Under the pieces are notes generated by a model that saw only the letters and a list, made by a program, of their open reading frames with translations, searched no databases and was not told where the DNA came from. 32,000 nucleotides of DNA from Mycolicibacterium smegmatis (GTDB lineage: Bacteria; Actinomycetota; Actinomycetes; Mycobacteriales; Mycobacteriaceae). Each line of letters begins with the position of its first letter. The stretch's first letter is position 1. The translations under genes and the position numbers were made by a program. Below, piece by piece: positions 1 to 10,140 of this stretch. Location of the stretch: the NCBI RefSeq assembly GCF_001457595.1, contig NZ_LN831039.1:4320001-4352000 (forward strand), in the 5' to 3' direction.

Positions 1-159
1 CCGGGCCAGTTTCTCGAACTCATCGCGGGGATACACGGCAAGGCTGTGATCTTGGCTCTTGGTGACCATCAACCCTCCTGCCAGTGCGTCGCGAAATTTG
101 GCGGGCAGTGTGAGCCGCCCCTTGTCATCGAGCTTGGGCGTGTAGGTACCCAGGAACAC
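1..159 (-). CDS. mraZ: Transcriptional regulator MraZ, N-terminal 53 codons (3' part lies outside the window)
   Basis: Not in the ORF track because it runs off the window start. Minus-strand translation from GTG at 159-157 gives [53 protein letters not shown], which matches the N-terminus of mycobacterial MraZ as I recall it. A GGGAGG Shine-Dalgarno (plus coords 168-173) sits 8 nt upstream. Confidence 0.9.
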   Translation of the reverse strand, partial: MFLGTYTPKLDDKGRLTLPAKFRDALAGGLMVTKSQDHSLAVYPRDEFEKLAR

Positions 160-237
160 CTGAGCCACCTCCCGCCACCCGGTTCGGATTCCGAGTCGCT
201 TCGCCCTCCCCGAACGGGGTTCCGATCTCCCCGTCGA

Positions 238-267
238 CCGCCACTTTACCCCACGATCCCCCACTTT
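238..267 (-). promoter_or_regulatory. Candidate MraZ operator: three contiguous 10-bp GTGG boxes
   Basis: The minus strand 267->238 reads AAAGTGGGGG ATCGTGGGGT AAAGTGGCGG. That is one box per helical turn, ending 78 nt upstream of the mraZ start. The architecture matches known MraZ operators: GTGGG direct repeats at 10-bp period in E. coli, and the AAAGTG[G/T] box in Mollicutes. Confidence 0.5.
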
Positions 268-395
268 GCTCCATTTGGCGCCACCGATTGGCGATTCCGC
301 CCCACGTTCACCCCCTTCCGCACCACTCCGCAGGCGGAGTTTCGGGTGAGAAGTTGCGAGGTTGCGATAAACCCGCAGGTGAGAGCGCCCGCGAC

Positions 396-428
396 TGCGG
401 TGGGGCGAAGTGGGGGCGAAAGTGGGGA
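396..428 (+). repeat. Three phased GTGGGG boxes in inverted orientation relative to mraZ
   Basis: GTGGGG occurs at 400-405, 410-415 and 422-427 (spacing 10 and 12 nt). The contexts cgaaGTGGGGG and cgaaaGTGGGGA are the same AAAGTGGGG-type box as at 238-267, but on the opposite strand. Confidence 0.6.
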
Positions 429-530
429 CGCTGCCGAATCGTTATCCAGCACGACGCGACACGGCCCCGAAAAACTGCGCTGGGCGTCGCTCCGGCGTGT
501 CGCCGGGCGCTTCGAGGGGCCGATTCACGG

Positions 531-583
531 ACGGGTGGGGCCGGGTGGGGCGACCCGTGGGGAAAGGTGGGGAGAGTCGGGGA
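531..583 (+). repeat. Four to five phased GTGGGG boxes; includes a canonical G-quadruplex motif
   Basis: GTGGGG occurs at 535-540, 545-550, 557-562 and 567-572, plus GTCGGGG at 576-582 (spacing 10/12/10/9 nt). Positions 533-550 read GGGTGGGGCCGGGTGGGG, which gives four G-tracts with loops of 1, 2 and 1 nt. Confidence 0.6.
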
Positions 584-630
584 CGTTCACCATGCTCGGG
601 CGCGCAGACCCGGACGCCATCGAGGGCATG

Positions 631-660
631 AAAAAGGGGCAGCCCTCGCGGACCACCCCT
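631..660 (-). terminator. Weak candidate intrinsic terminator downstream of the DUF3040 gene
   Basis: The minus strand reads AGGGG-N16-CCCCU followed by UUUU (plus A-run at 631-635). The stem is only 5 bp, so support is weak. Confidence 0.25.
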
Positions 661-681
661 GAGCCGTTGGCGCCTTGCCGG

Positions 682-1083
682 TCAGTTGTCGAAGCGCCGG
701 CGGAAACGGTCTTCCATGCGGTTGGTGAACGACCCACCGCCGCGCTGCTTGCGCTGTCGTGTCGGACCGGACGGCGCCGAGGACTTGTCGACGCCACCGG
801 CGACGCGCGGGCCGGTGATGGCGAACACCACGCCGCCGAACATCACGATGAAACCTATGACCGAGAGGATCGGGAATCCGCCGATCATCAAAGCCTTGAC
901 TGCGACACCGGTGACCAGCATCGCCAGACCGAGAACGAACAAACCCGCGCCGTAGATCCTGCGACGCGCCGAGGGCGCGCGTAGAGTCCCACCCCGAACG
1001 CTCGACGCGAACTTGGGATCCTCGGCATAGAGCGCGCTCTCGATCTGATCGAGCATGCGCTGCTCATGATCGGAGAGTGGCAT
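682..1083 (-). CDS. DUF3040-family small membrane protein (Rv2169c-like)
   Basis: ATG at 1083 is preceded by AAGGAGGG 4 nt upstream. The product is MPLSDHEQRMLDQIESALYAEDPKF... followed by two hydrophobic helices. The ORF-track start at 1149 is an in-frame upstream extension. Confidence 0.85.
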   Translation of the reverse strand: MPLSDHEQRMLDQIESALYAEDPKFASSVRGGTLRAPSARRRIYGAGLFVLGLAMLVTGVAVKALMIGGFPILSVIGFIVMFGGVVFAITGPRVAGGVDKSSAPSGPTRQRKQRGGGSFTNRMEDRFRRRFDN

Positions 1084-1300
1084 TCGTCCCTCCTTGCCGA
1101 CGCGACCGTCGCTCCGTAAATGTCCACCGGTGCCCGCCATTACGGACACCTAACAATAATGATACGAGGTCGATCCGAGCCGTACCACCTTGTTCAGCAT
1201 CGATTGTAGGCGTTCGCTGGGAGTGTGACGGCCATCCGCCCAGCCTGATAATGGCTCCAGATAATGAGTAGGGCAGGACTCACATGAGCGCACACCCCGT

Positions 1301-1957
1301 GTGCCCGTGAACTCGAGGACTTTGGCGGCAACGGAGGCGATGGCGGCGATGGCGACGTATCTCATTGATCTGTCGCCCGAGGACATGCAGCGCCGACTCC
1401 CCGACGCGCTGCGGGTCTACGTCGACGCGATGCGCTACCCCCGCGGCACCGAAGAACAGCGCGCGGCCCTGTGGCTCGAACACACCCGTAGGCAGGGTTG
1501 GAAAGCCGTGGCGGCAGTCGAATTCGGAACCGACGACGGGTCGCACCCCGAGACGCCGTCGCGCGACGATCTCGTCGCCGCCCCGCTGCTGGGCATCGCC
1601 TACGGCTACTGCGGCGCCCCGGATCAGTGGTGGCAACAACAGGTGGTCTCCGGGCTGCACCGCATCGGAGCGACCCGCGAACAGATCGCCGAGCTGATGT
1701 CGAGCTACTTCGAGCTGACCGAACTGCACATCGAACCACGGGCTCAGGGACGCGGACTCGGCGAGGCACTGGTCCGCCGGCTACTCGCCGACCGTGGTGA
1801 ATCTCACGTGTTGTTGTCGACACCCGAGATCAACGGCGAGGCCAATCGGGCCTGGCGTCTGTACCGGCGCCTGGGGTTCACCGACGTGATCCGCGGCTAC
1901 CACTTTGCCGGCGACCCCCGCGCGTTCGCGATCCTCGGCCGGCCCCTGCCCCTGTAG
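1301..1957 (+). CDS. GNAT-family N-acetyltransferase (Rv2170-like)
   Basis: An acetyl-CoA binding motif is present (QGRGLGEALVRRLL ... RAWRLYRRLGF). It occupies the syntenic position between the DUF3040 gene and lppM. The start is uncertain: GTG 1301/1307, or ATG 1340/1349 after GGAGG at 1333-1337. Confidence 0.8.
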   Translation: MPVNSRTLAATEAMAAMATYLIDLSPEDMQRRLPDALRVYVDAMRYPRGTEEQRAALWLEHTRRQGWKAVAAVEFGTDDGSHPETPSRDDLVAAPLLGIAYGYCGAPDQWWQQQVVSGLHRIGATREQIAELMSSYFELTELHIEPRAQGRGLGEALVRRLLADRGESHVLLSTPEINGEANRAWRLYRRLGFTDVIRGYHFAGDPRAFAILGRPLPL

Positions 1958-2002
1958 GCCACACGCGCTTCCTGTCGAACCGAGGCGGCCCGATCTGGCA
2001 CG

Positions 2003-2707
2003 ATGACCTCCGTGCGCGTCCGTCGACCCAGCCGCAGCCGACGCAGGCTGCTCGTGTTGGTGATGTTGCTGCTGCTGGTGTTGCCGACGGCGGTCGGCTG
2101 CGTCCGGATCCGGGCCTCCATCACGGTGTCGCCCGACGACCGGGTGTCCGGGCAGATCATCGCTGCGGCCAAACCCAGCGACGCCGACGACAAGGGTCCG
2201 CAGCTGGTCAACAACCTGCCGTTCGCGCACAAGGTCGCGGTGTCGGAGTACAGCCGCGACGATTACGTCGGCTCTCAGGCCGTGTTCTCCGATCTGTCGT
2301 TCGCCGAGGTGCCGCAGCTGGCCGCGCTGAGCCGTGACGCCGCCGGTGTCGACATCTCGCTGCGCCGCGCGGGCGACCTCGTGATCCTCGAAGGCCGCGT
2401 CGACCTCACGTCGATGAACGACCCGGAGGCCGACGTGCTGCTGACGGTGTCGTTCCCCGGCGACGTGACCTCGACCAACGGCGATCAGGTGACGTCGTCG
2501 ATCGTGGAATGGAAACTGCGCCCCGGCGTCGTGAGCACCATGAACGCGCAGGCCCGCTACACCGACCCCAGCGCGCGATCGTTCACCACGGCGGCGATCT
2601 GGCTGGTCATCGCTGCTTTCGTGGTCGCGAGCGTGGTCGCCGGCCTGGCCTACGTGAGCCGCGACCAGTCTCCCAAACCGGGCGAGCCGGCGCCCACCGA
2701 AACGTGA
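2003..2707 (+). CDS. lppM: Lipoprotein LppM
   Basis: The signal peptide carries a lipobox (LVLPTAVGC) and there is a C-terminal TM helix. Sequence and position match Rv2171 LppM. Confidence 0.88.
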   Translation: MTSVRVRRPSRSRRRLLVLVMLLLLVLPTAVGCVRIRASITVSPDDRVSGQIIAAAKPSDADDKGPQLVNNLPFAHKVAVSEYSRDDYVGSQAVFSDLSFAEVPQLAALSRDAAGVDISLRRAGDLVILEGRVDLTSMNDPEADVLLTVSFPGDVTSTNGDQVTSSIVEWKLRPGVVSTMNAQARYTDPSARSFTTAAIWLVIAAFVVASVVAGLAYVSRDQSPKPGEPAPTET

Positions 2708-2802
2708 CGGCGACCGACCGCCGGGCTGCCCGATCTCGTTTCCGCCATCCTCGCCTACTCCTGACCCGGTACGACGCTTTACCCTGGATGGGCTCGGGGG
2801 CA

Positions 2803-2825
2803 CTGGCAACACACCTGGCAACACA
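2803..2825 (+). repeat. Tandem direct repeat CTGGCAACACA x2 upstream of idsA2-like gene
   Basis: CTGGCAACACA occurs at 2803-2813 and again at 2815-2825 (12-bp period), 25-47 nt upstream of the GTG at 2850. Confidence 0.7.
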
Positions 2826-2828
2826 TAG

Positions 2829-3938
<1,110 letters not shown>

Positions 3939-3962
3939 ACGCCGGGCTCGACAGTCCACACC

Positions 3963-5480
3963 ATGACACCGACGGAAACCCACAAACCGAACCCCGGCCT
4001 GGCCGAGCACGTTTCGCGCCTGGCCGCCTTCGCCGTGTCCGCAGAGGCGCGTCCGGCACGCCTGGGCTGCCTCGGCGCCACCGTGCTGACCATCGGCGGC
4101 CTCGGCGCGGGCAGCACACGCCTGCACGATCCGCTGCTGGAATCGCTGCACCTGTCGTGGTTGCGGTTCGGGCACGGCCTGGTGGTGTCGTCGATCCTGC
4201 TGTGGACCGGTGTCGCGCTCATGCTCATCGCGTGGCTGTGGCTGGGACGGCGCGTGATCGACCGCACCGCAACCGAGTACACGATGGTCGCCACCACCGG
4301 GTTCTGGCTGGCGCCGCTGCTGCTCTCGGTGCCGCTGTTCAGCCGTGACACGTACTCCTACCTGGCGCAGGGCGCGCTGCTGCGCGACGGTTTCGACCCG
4401 TATGTGGTGGGCCCGGTCGAGAACCCGAACTCGTTGTTGGAGAACGTGAGTCCGATCTGGACCACGACCACCGCGCCGTACGGGCCCGCGTTCATCCTGG
4501 TGGCGAAGTTCGTCACCATGCTGGTGGGCAACGACGTGGTGGCAGGCACGATGCTGCTGCGGCTGTGCATGCTGCCCGGCCTGTTGCTGCTGATCTGGGC
4601 GGCACCGCGGGTGGCCCGCCACGTCGGCGCCAACGCCGCGGCAGCGCTGTGGATCTGCGTGCTCAACCCGCTGGTGATCATCCACCTCATGGGCGGGGTC
4701 CACAACGAGATGCTCATGGTGGGCCTGATGATGGCCGCGATCGCGCTGACCTTCGCGGGCCGCCCGATCTGGGGCGTCGGCCTGATAGCCACCGCGGTCG
4801 CGGTGAAAGCCACGGCGGGCCTGGCGCTTCCGTTCATGGTGTGGGTGTGGATGCGTCAGCTCCGCGACCGCCACGACATGCCGCCGGTACGCGCGTTCGT
4901 GGTGTCCACGGCGGCGTCGGTGCTGATCTTCGGCGCGGTGTTCGCGGTGCTGTCGTGGGTTGCCGGGGTGGGGCTGGGCTGGCTGACCGCGCTGGCCGGT
5001 TCGGTGAAGATCATCAACTGGCTGACCGTGCCGACCGCGGCGTCCAACCTCATCAACGCCATCGGCGGGTTGTTCTTCTCCGTCAACTTCTACGCGGTAC
5101 TCGAGGTCGCGCGCATCATCGGCATCGCGGCCATCGTCATCGCGCTGCCGCTGTTGTGGTGGCGCTACCGCCACACCGATCGTGAGGCGCTCACCGGGAT
5201 CGCGCTGGCGATGGTGGTCGTGGTGCTGTTCGTGCCCGCCGCGCTCCCCTGGTACTACACCTGGCCGCTGGCCGTCGCCGCGGCCCTGGTGCAGACCCGG
5301 CCCGGCATCGCGGCGATCGCCGGGTTCTCGACGTGGATCATGGTCATGTGGAAACCCGATGGCGCCCACGGCATGTACTCATGGGCCCACGTGCTGCTGA
5401 CGACGGCGTGCGCTGTCGCGGCGTGGTACTCGCTGTACCGGGCGCCGGAGAGCGCTGAGGCGACGGCGAGCCGTCAATAG
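3963..5480 (+). CDS. mptA: Polytopic GT-C alpha(1->6) mannosyltransferase MptA (LM/LAM mannan core)
   Basis: A 505-aa protein with many TM segments. The N-terminal loop motif RDTYSYLAQGALLRDGFDPY and synteny with Rv2174 support the call. Confidence 0.88.
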   Translation: MTPTETHKPNPGLAEHVSRLAAFAVSAEARPARLGCLGATVLTIGGLGAGSTRLHDPLLESLHLSWLRFGHGLVVSSILLWTGVALMLIAWLWLGRRVIDRTATEYTMVATTGFWLAPLLLSVPLFSRDTYSYLAQGALLRDGFDPYVVGPVENPNSLLENVSPIWTTTTAPYGPAFILVAKFVTMLVGNDVVAGTMLLRLCMLPGLLLLIWAAPRVARHVGANAAAALWICVLNPLVIIHLMGGVHNEMLMVGLMMAAIALTFAGRPIWGVGLIATAVAVKATAGLALPFMVWVWMRQLRDRHDMPPVRAFVVSTAASVLIFGAVFAVLSWVAGVGLGWLTALAGSVKIINWLTVPTAASNLINAIGGLFFSVNFYAVLEVARIIGIAAIVIALPLLWWRYRHTDREALTGIALAMVVVVLFVPAALPWYYTWPLAVAAALVQTRPGIAAIAGFSTWIMVMWKPDGAHGMYSWAHVLLTTACAVAAWYSLYRAPESAEATASRQ

Positions 5481-5508
5481 GCCACGACGGCGAGCCGTCA
5501 ATAGGCCA
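5461..5508. repeat. Perfect 24-bp tandem duplication spanning both convergent stop codons
   Basis: CGACGGCGAGCCGTCAATAGGCCA occurs at 5461-5484 and identically at 5485-5508. Copy 1 supplies the mptA stop (TAG 5478-5480). Copy 2 supplies the stop and last codons of the minus-strand gene (TCA 5498-5500). Confidence 0.95.
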
Positions 5509-5902
5509 TCGCCTGGGCGCGGCGGATCACCTCACGCGCCTGGTGCGAGTGCAGCGCGTCGACCGGACGCGCGTTGGTCAGGCGCTCGGTGCTGCCGTCG
5601 CGCGTGATGGTCAGCGACTCGTCCGGGGTGAACAACCAGCGCAGGATCTCGTTGGTGCGGTAGCCGCCGTCACGCAGGACGACCAGCAACCCCGGCAGTG
5701 ACTTGACCACGTGGCCCGCGTCGTCGAAGAAGATCTTGGGCACGGCGACCACACCGTTTCGCCGCACGGCCACCAGATGGCCGTCGCGCAGCTGCTGGTG
5801 GACTTTGGTGACCGGGATACCGAGGATGTCGGCCACGGTCGGAAGGTCATAGACGGCCTCGTCTGGATCCAGAACGTCATCGGCGGCCGGAATACTGCTC
5901 AC
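5498..5902 (-). CDS. Rv2175c-like winged-helix DNA-binding protein (PknL substrate family)
   Basis: The C-terminal 134 aa of the 484-aa ORF-track entry (VSSIPAADDVLDPDEAVYDLPTVADILGIPVTKVHQQLRDGHLVAVRR...ARPVDALHSHQAREVIRRAQAMAY) align with Rv2175c. GTG 5902-5900 is the only start upstream of the conserved block in this frame. The remainder of the long ORF is antisense to pknL. Confidence 0.88.
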   Translation of the reverse strand: MSSIPAADDVLDPDEAVYDLPTVADILGIPVTKVHQQLRDGHLVAVRRNGVVAVPKIFFDDAGHVVKSLPGLLVVLRDGGYRTNEILRWLFTPDESLTITRDGSTERLTNARPVDALHSHQAREVIRRAQAMAY

Positions 5903-5909
5903 CGCACTG

Positions 5910-5915
5910 ATTCTA
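5910..5915 (-). promoter_or_regulatory. Candidate -10 box (TAGAAT) for a leaderless Rv2175c-like mRNA
   Basis: The minus strand reads TAGAAT + 7 nt (cagtgcg) + GTG start with no Shine-Dalgarno. TANNNT is the mycobacterial -10 consensus. Confidence 0.45.
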
Positions 5916-5934
5916 GGCTGCCGCCCGGGACTCG

Positions 5935-5940
5935 TAACAT
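5935..5940 (+). promoter_or_regulatory. Candidate -10 box (TAACAT) for a leaderless pknL mRNA
   Basis: TAACAT + 7 nt (gtgttcg) + GTG at 5948. This mirrors the geometry of the divergent partner. There is no Shine-Dalgarno. Confidence 0.45.
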
Positions 5941-5947
5941 GTGTTCG

Positions 5948-7218
5948 GTGGAGCAGCAATCGGATCCGCTCGTCGGCAGCCTGCTGGACGGGCGGTACCG
6001 CGTGGACATGCCCATCGCGACAGGTGGCATGTCGACGGTGTACCGGGGGCTCGACACGCGCCTGGACCGTCCGGTCGCGTTGAAGGTCATGGACTCGCGG
6101 TACGCCGGTGACGAGCACTTTCTCACCAGGTTCCAGCGCGAGGCGCGCGCCGTGGCCAGGCTCAAGGCGCCCGGCCTGGTGGCGGTGTACGACCAGGGTC
6201 TCGACCGCCGGTCGGAGCGCCAGTACCCGTTTCTGGTGATGGAACTCATCGAGGGCGGCACACTCCGCGAACTGCTCACCGAACGCGGCCCGATGCCCCC
6301 GCACGCGGTCGCCGCGGTGCTCGAGCCCGTCCTGGGCGGGCTCGCGGTCGCGCACCGCAACGGCCTGGTGCACCGCGACATCAAACCCGAGAACGTGCTG
6401 ATCTCCGACGACGGCGAGGTCAAGATCGCCGACTTCGGGTTGGTGCGCGCGGTCGCCGAGGCCAAAATCACTTCCACCAGCGTGATATTGGGCACCGCGG
6501 CCTACCTGTCGCCCGAGCAGGTCGCGACCGGCGACGCCGATCCCCGCAGCGACGTCTACGCCGTCGGGATCCTGACCTTCGAACTGCTCACCGGCACCAC
6601 GCCGTTCACCGGCGACAGCGCACTGGCCGTCGCCTATCAGCGCATGGATCACGACGTGCCGCCTCCCAGTACCCGGATCGCCGGTGTGCCAAGGCAATTC
6701 GACGATCTGGTGCGCCGGGCCGCTACGCGCGACCCGGCAGGCCGCTACGCCGACGCCGGCGAGATGGGCGCCGCGCTCGACGTCATCATCGACGAGCTGG
6801 GCCTGCCACCGTTTCGGGTGCCCGCGCCGCGCAACTCGGCGCAGCACCTCGCGGCGACGCGGTTCCACAACCGTCCGCGACCGGATCTGGAGACCACGGC
6901 CGAGGTCGCCCCGCCGCCTCCGCCGGTGCCCGCGGCCGCGCCGCGACAGCACACCAGGGAGATCACGCGTGACCAGCAGGACTGGGCGCCGATCCCCGCC
7001 GCCCCCGACGATGACGAGTACACCGACGAGTACGACGAATACGACTATTCAACGGTGTCAGGGCAATTCGCGGGCATCGACATGACCGAGTTCTACTGGG
7101 CGCGCCAGCGTGCCAAGCGCATGGTGCTGATCTGGGTGATCGCGGTGCTCACGGTCACCGGCCTGACCGCAGCGGCGGCCTGGACCCTGGGCAGCAACAT
7201 CGCCACCCTGATCCAGTG

Positions 7219-7219
<1 letters not shown>
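5948..7219 (+). CDS. pknL: Ser/Thr protein kinase PknL
   Basis: Hanks kinase motifs are present: GGMSTVYRG, VALKVM, HRDIKPENVL, DFG, SPE. There is a C-terminal TM anchor. The GTG at 5948 aligns with the M. tuberculosis PknL N-terminus; an alternative ATG lies at 5939. The ORF-track start at 5711 is an extension. Confidence 0.93.
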
Positions 7220-9149
<1,930 letters not shown>

Positions 9150-10140
9150 GAACCAGTTCGCCTCGTCCGTTCCGTCCTAGCTTCGATCCGGGCCTCGATC
9201 TTGGCGTCGATCCCGGCCCCGGGTGCGGGCGCGGCGTGGATCTCCCGGTCCAGTTGCTCATCGACCGCCGCATCATCGGGAAACCTCGGCATCCCGGTGA
9301 TGGCGTCCTGCAGCCACAGTTTGGCCTGCACCACCGGACGCCGCAGCCATCGTTCCCGCTCGAGCGCGCGGTGCATCTTGCGGGGTCGTTTCGTGTAGCG
9401 CCACCGGGCCCACGGCGCGTGCGGCCGTGACAACCGGATGGCACCGATGACCAGCAACGGGGTGATGAACATTCCCACCAGACCCGTCCACACCTTGCCC
9501 TTGAGCAGTACGACGACCGCCAGCAACAGCGTAACCACCGCGAGCAGGACCACCGCGGCGCGCGCCAGCCAGCTGGGATCCTCGCGCCAGATGTCGACGT
9601 CGAAGAACGACAGCGGGTTGAATCCCAGGATCAGCAGGCCGGCCACGGCCACCGCAGCGAACACCGCGTCGACCGAGGTGCGGCCGTCCTCGGACCAGTA
9701 CACGTCGGACAGATGCAGGATCAGCGCGAACTCGTCGAGCACGAGCGCGGCGCCGATGCCGAAGAACGTCGCGGCGACCGTGAACTCGGCCACCCCGCCG
9801 TTTACCGCCAAGGTCACCATGGTTACCCCGGAGACCATGACCAGCACGACACCGATCACGACGTGGTGGATGTGCATGGTGCCGTGCGCGATGTTGCGGG
9901 GCTGCCACCATCTGCGCGGCTGGTCGCTGTCGGCGTGGCTGCGGATGTAGCGCACCACGGTTCGGGTCACGAAGAAGGTGAGGATGAACGCCAGCAGGCA
10001 GCACACCAGCGGCAGGCGATCGCGTGGGACGAGATCGAGGTGGACGGTCGCTTGCACGATGTCAGAACTTACGCCCAAACAGGCGCGTCGCGGCCGTGGT
10101 TGCGGCTAGGCGCGGCGGCCACAGATAGTCTGTGTTGGAG

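Noticed and set aside
1114-1145. An imperfect inverted repeat CCGTAAATG-N15-CATTACGG enclosing the palindrome CACCGGTG in the 5' region of the DUF3040 gene. Also noted were tandem GATAATG boxes at 1247-1253 and 1260-1266 upstream of the GNAT gene.
   Set aside because: These elements are short and imperfect and could arise by chance in a 217-bp divergent promoter region. They are plausible -10 or operator elements, but I cannot support a specific call.
2803-2825. TGGCA-containing repeats as a sigma-54 (-24/-12) promoter.
   Set aside because: Mycobacteria lack RpoN. The spacing and sequence do not fit TGGCAC-N5-TTGCA either. The repeats are kept only as a possible regulator binding site.
5903-6952. 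The upstream 350 codons of the 484-aa minus-strand ORF 5498-6952.
   Set aside because: Only the last 134 codons match the Rv2175c family. The remainder is antisense to the well-supported pknL kinase domain and has shadow-ORF composition.
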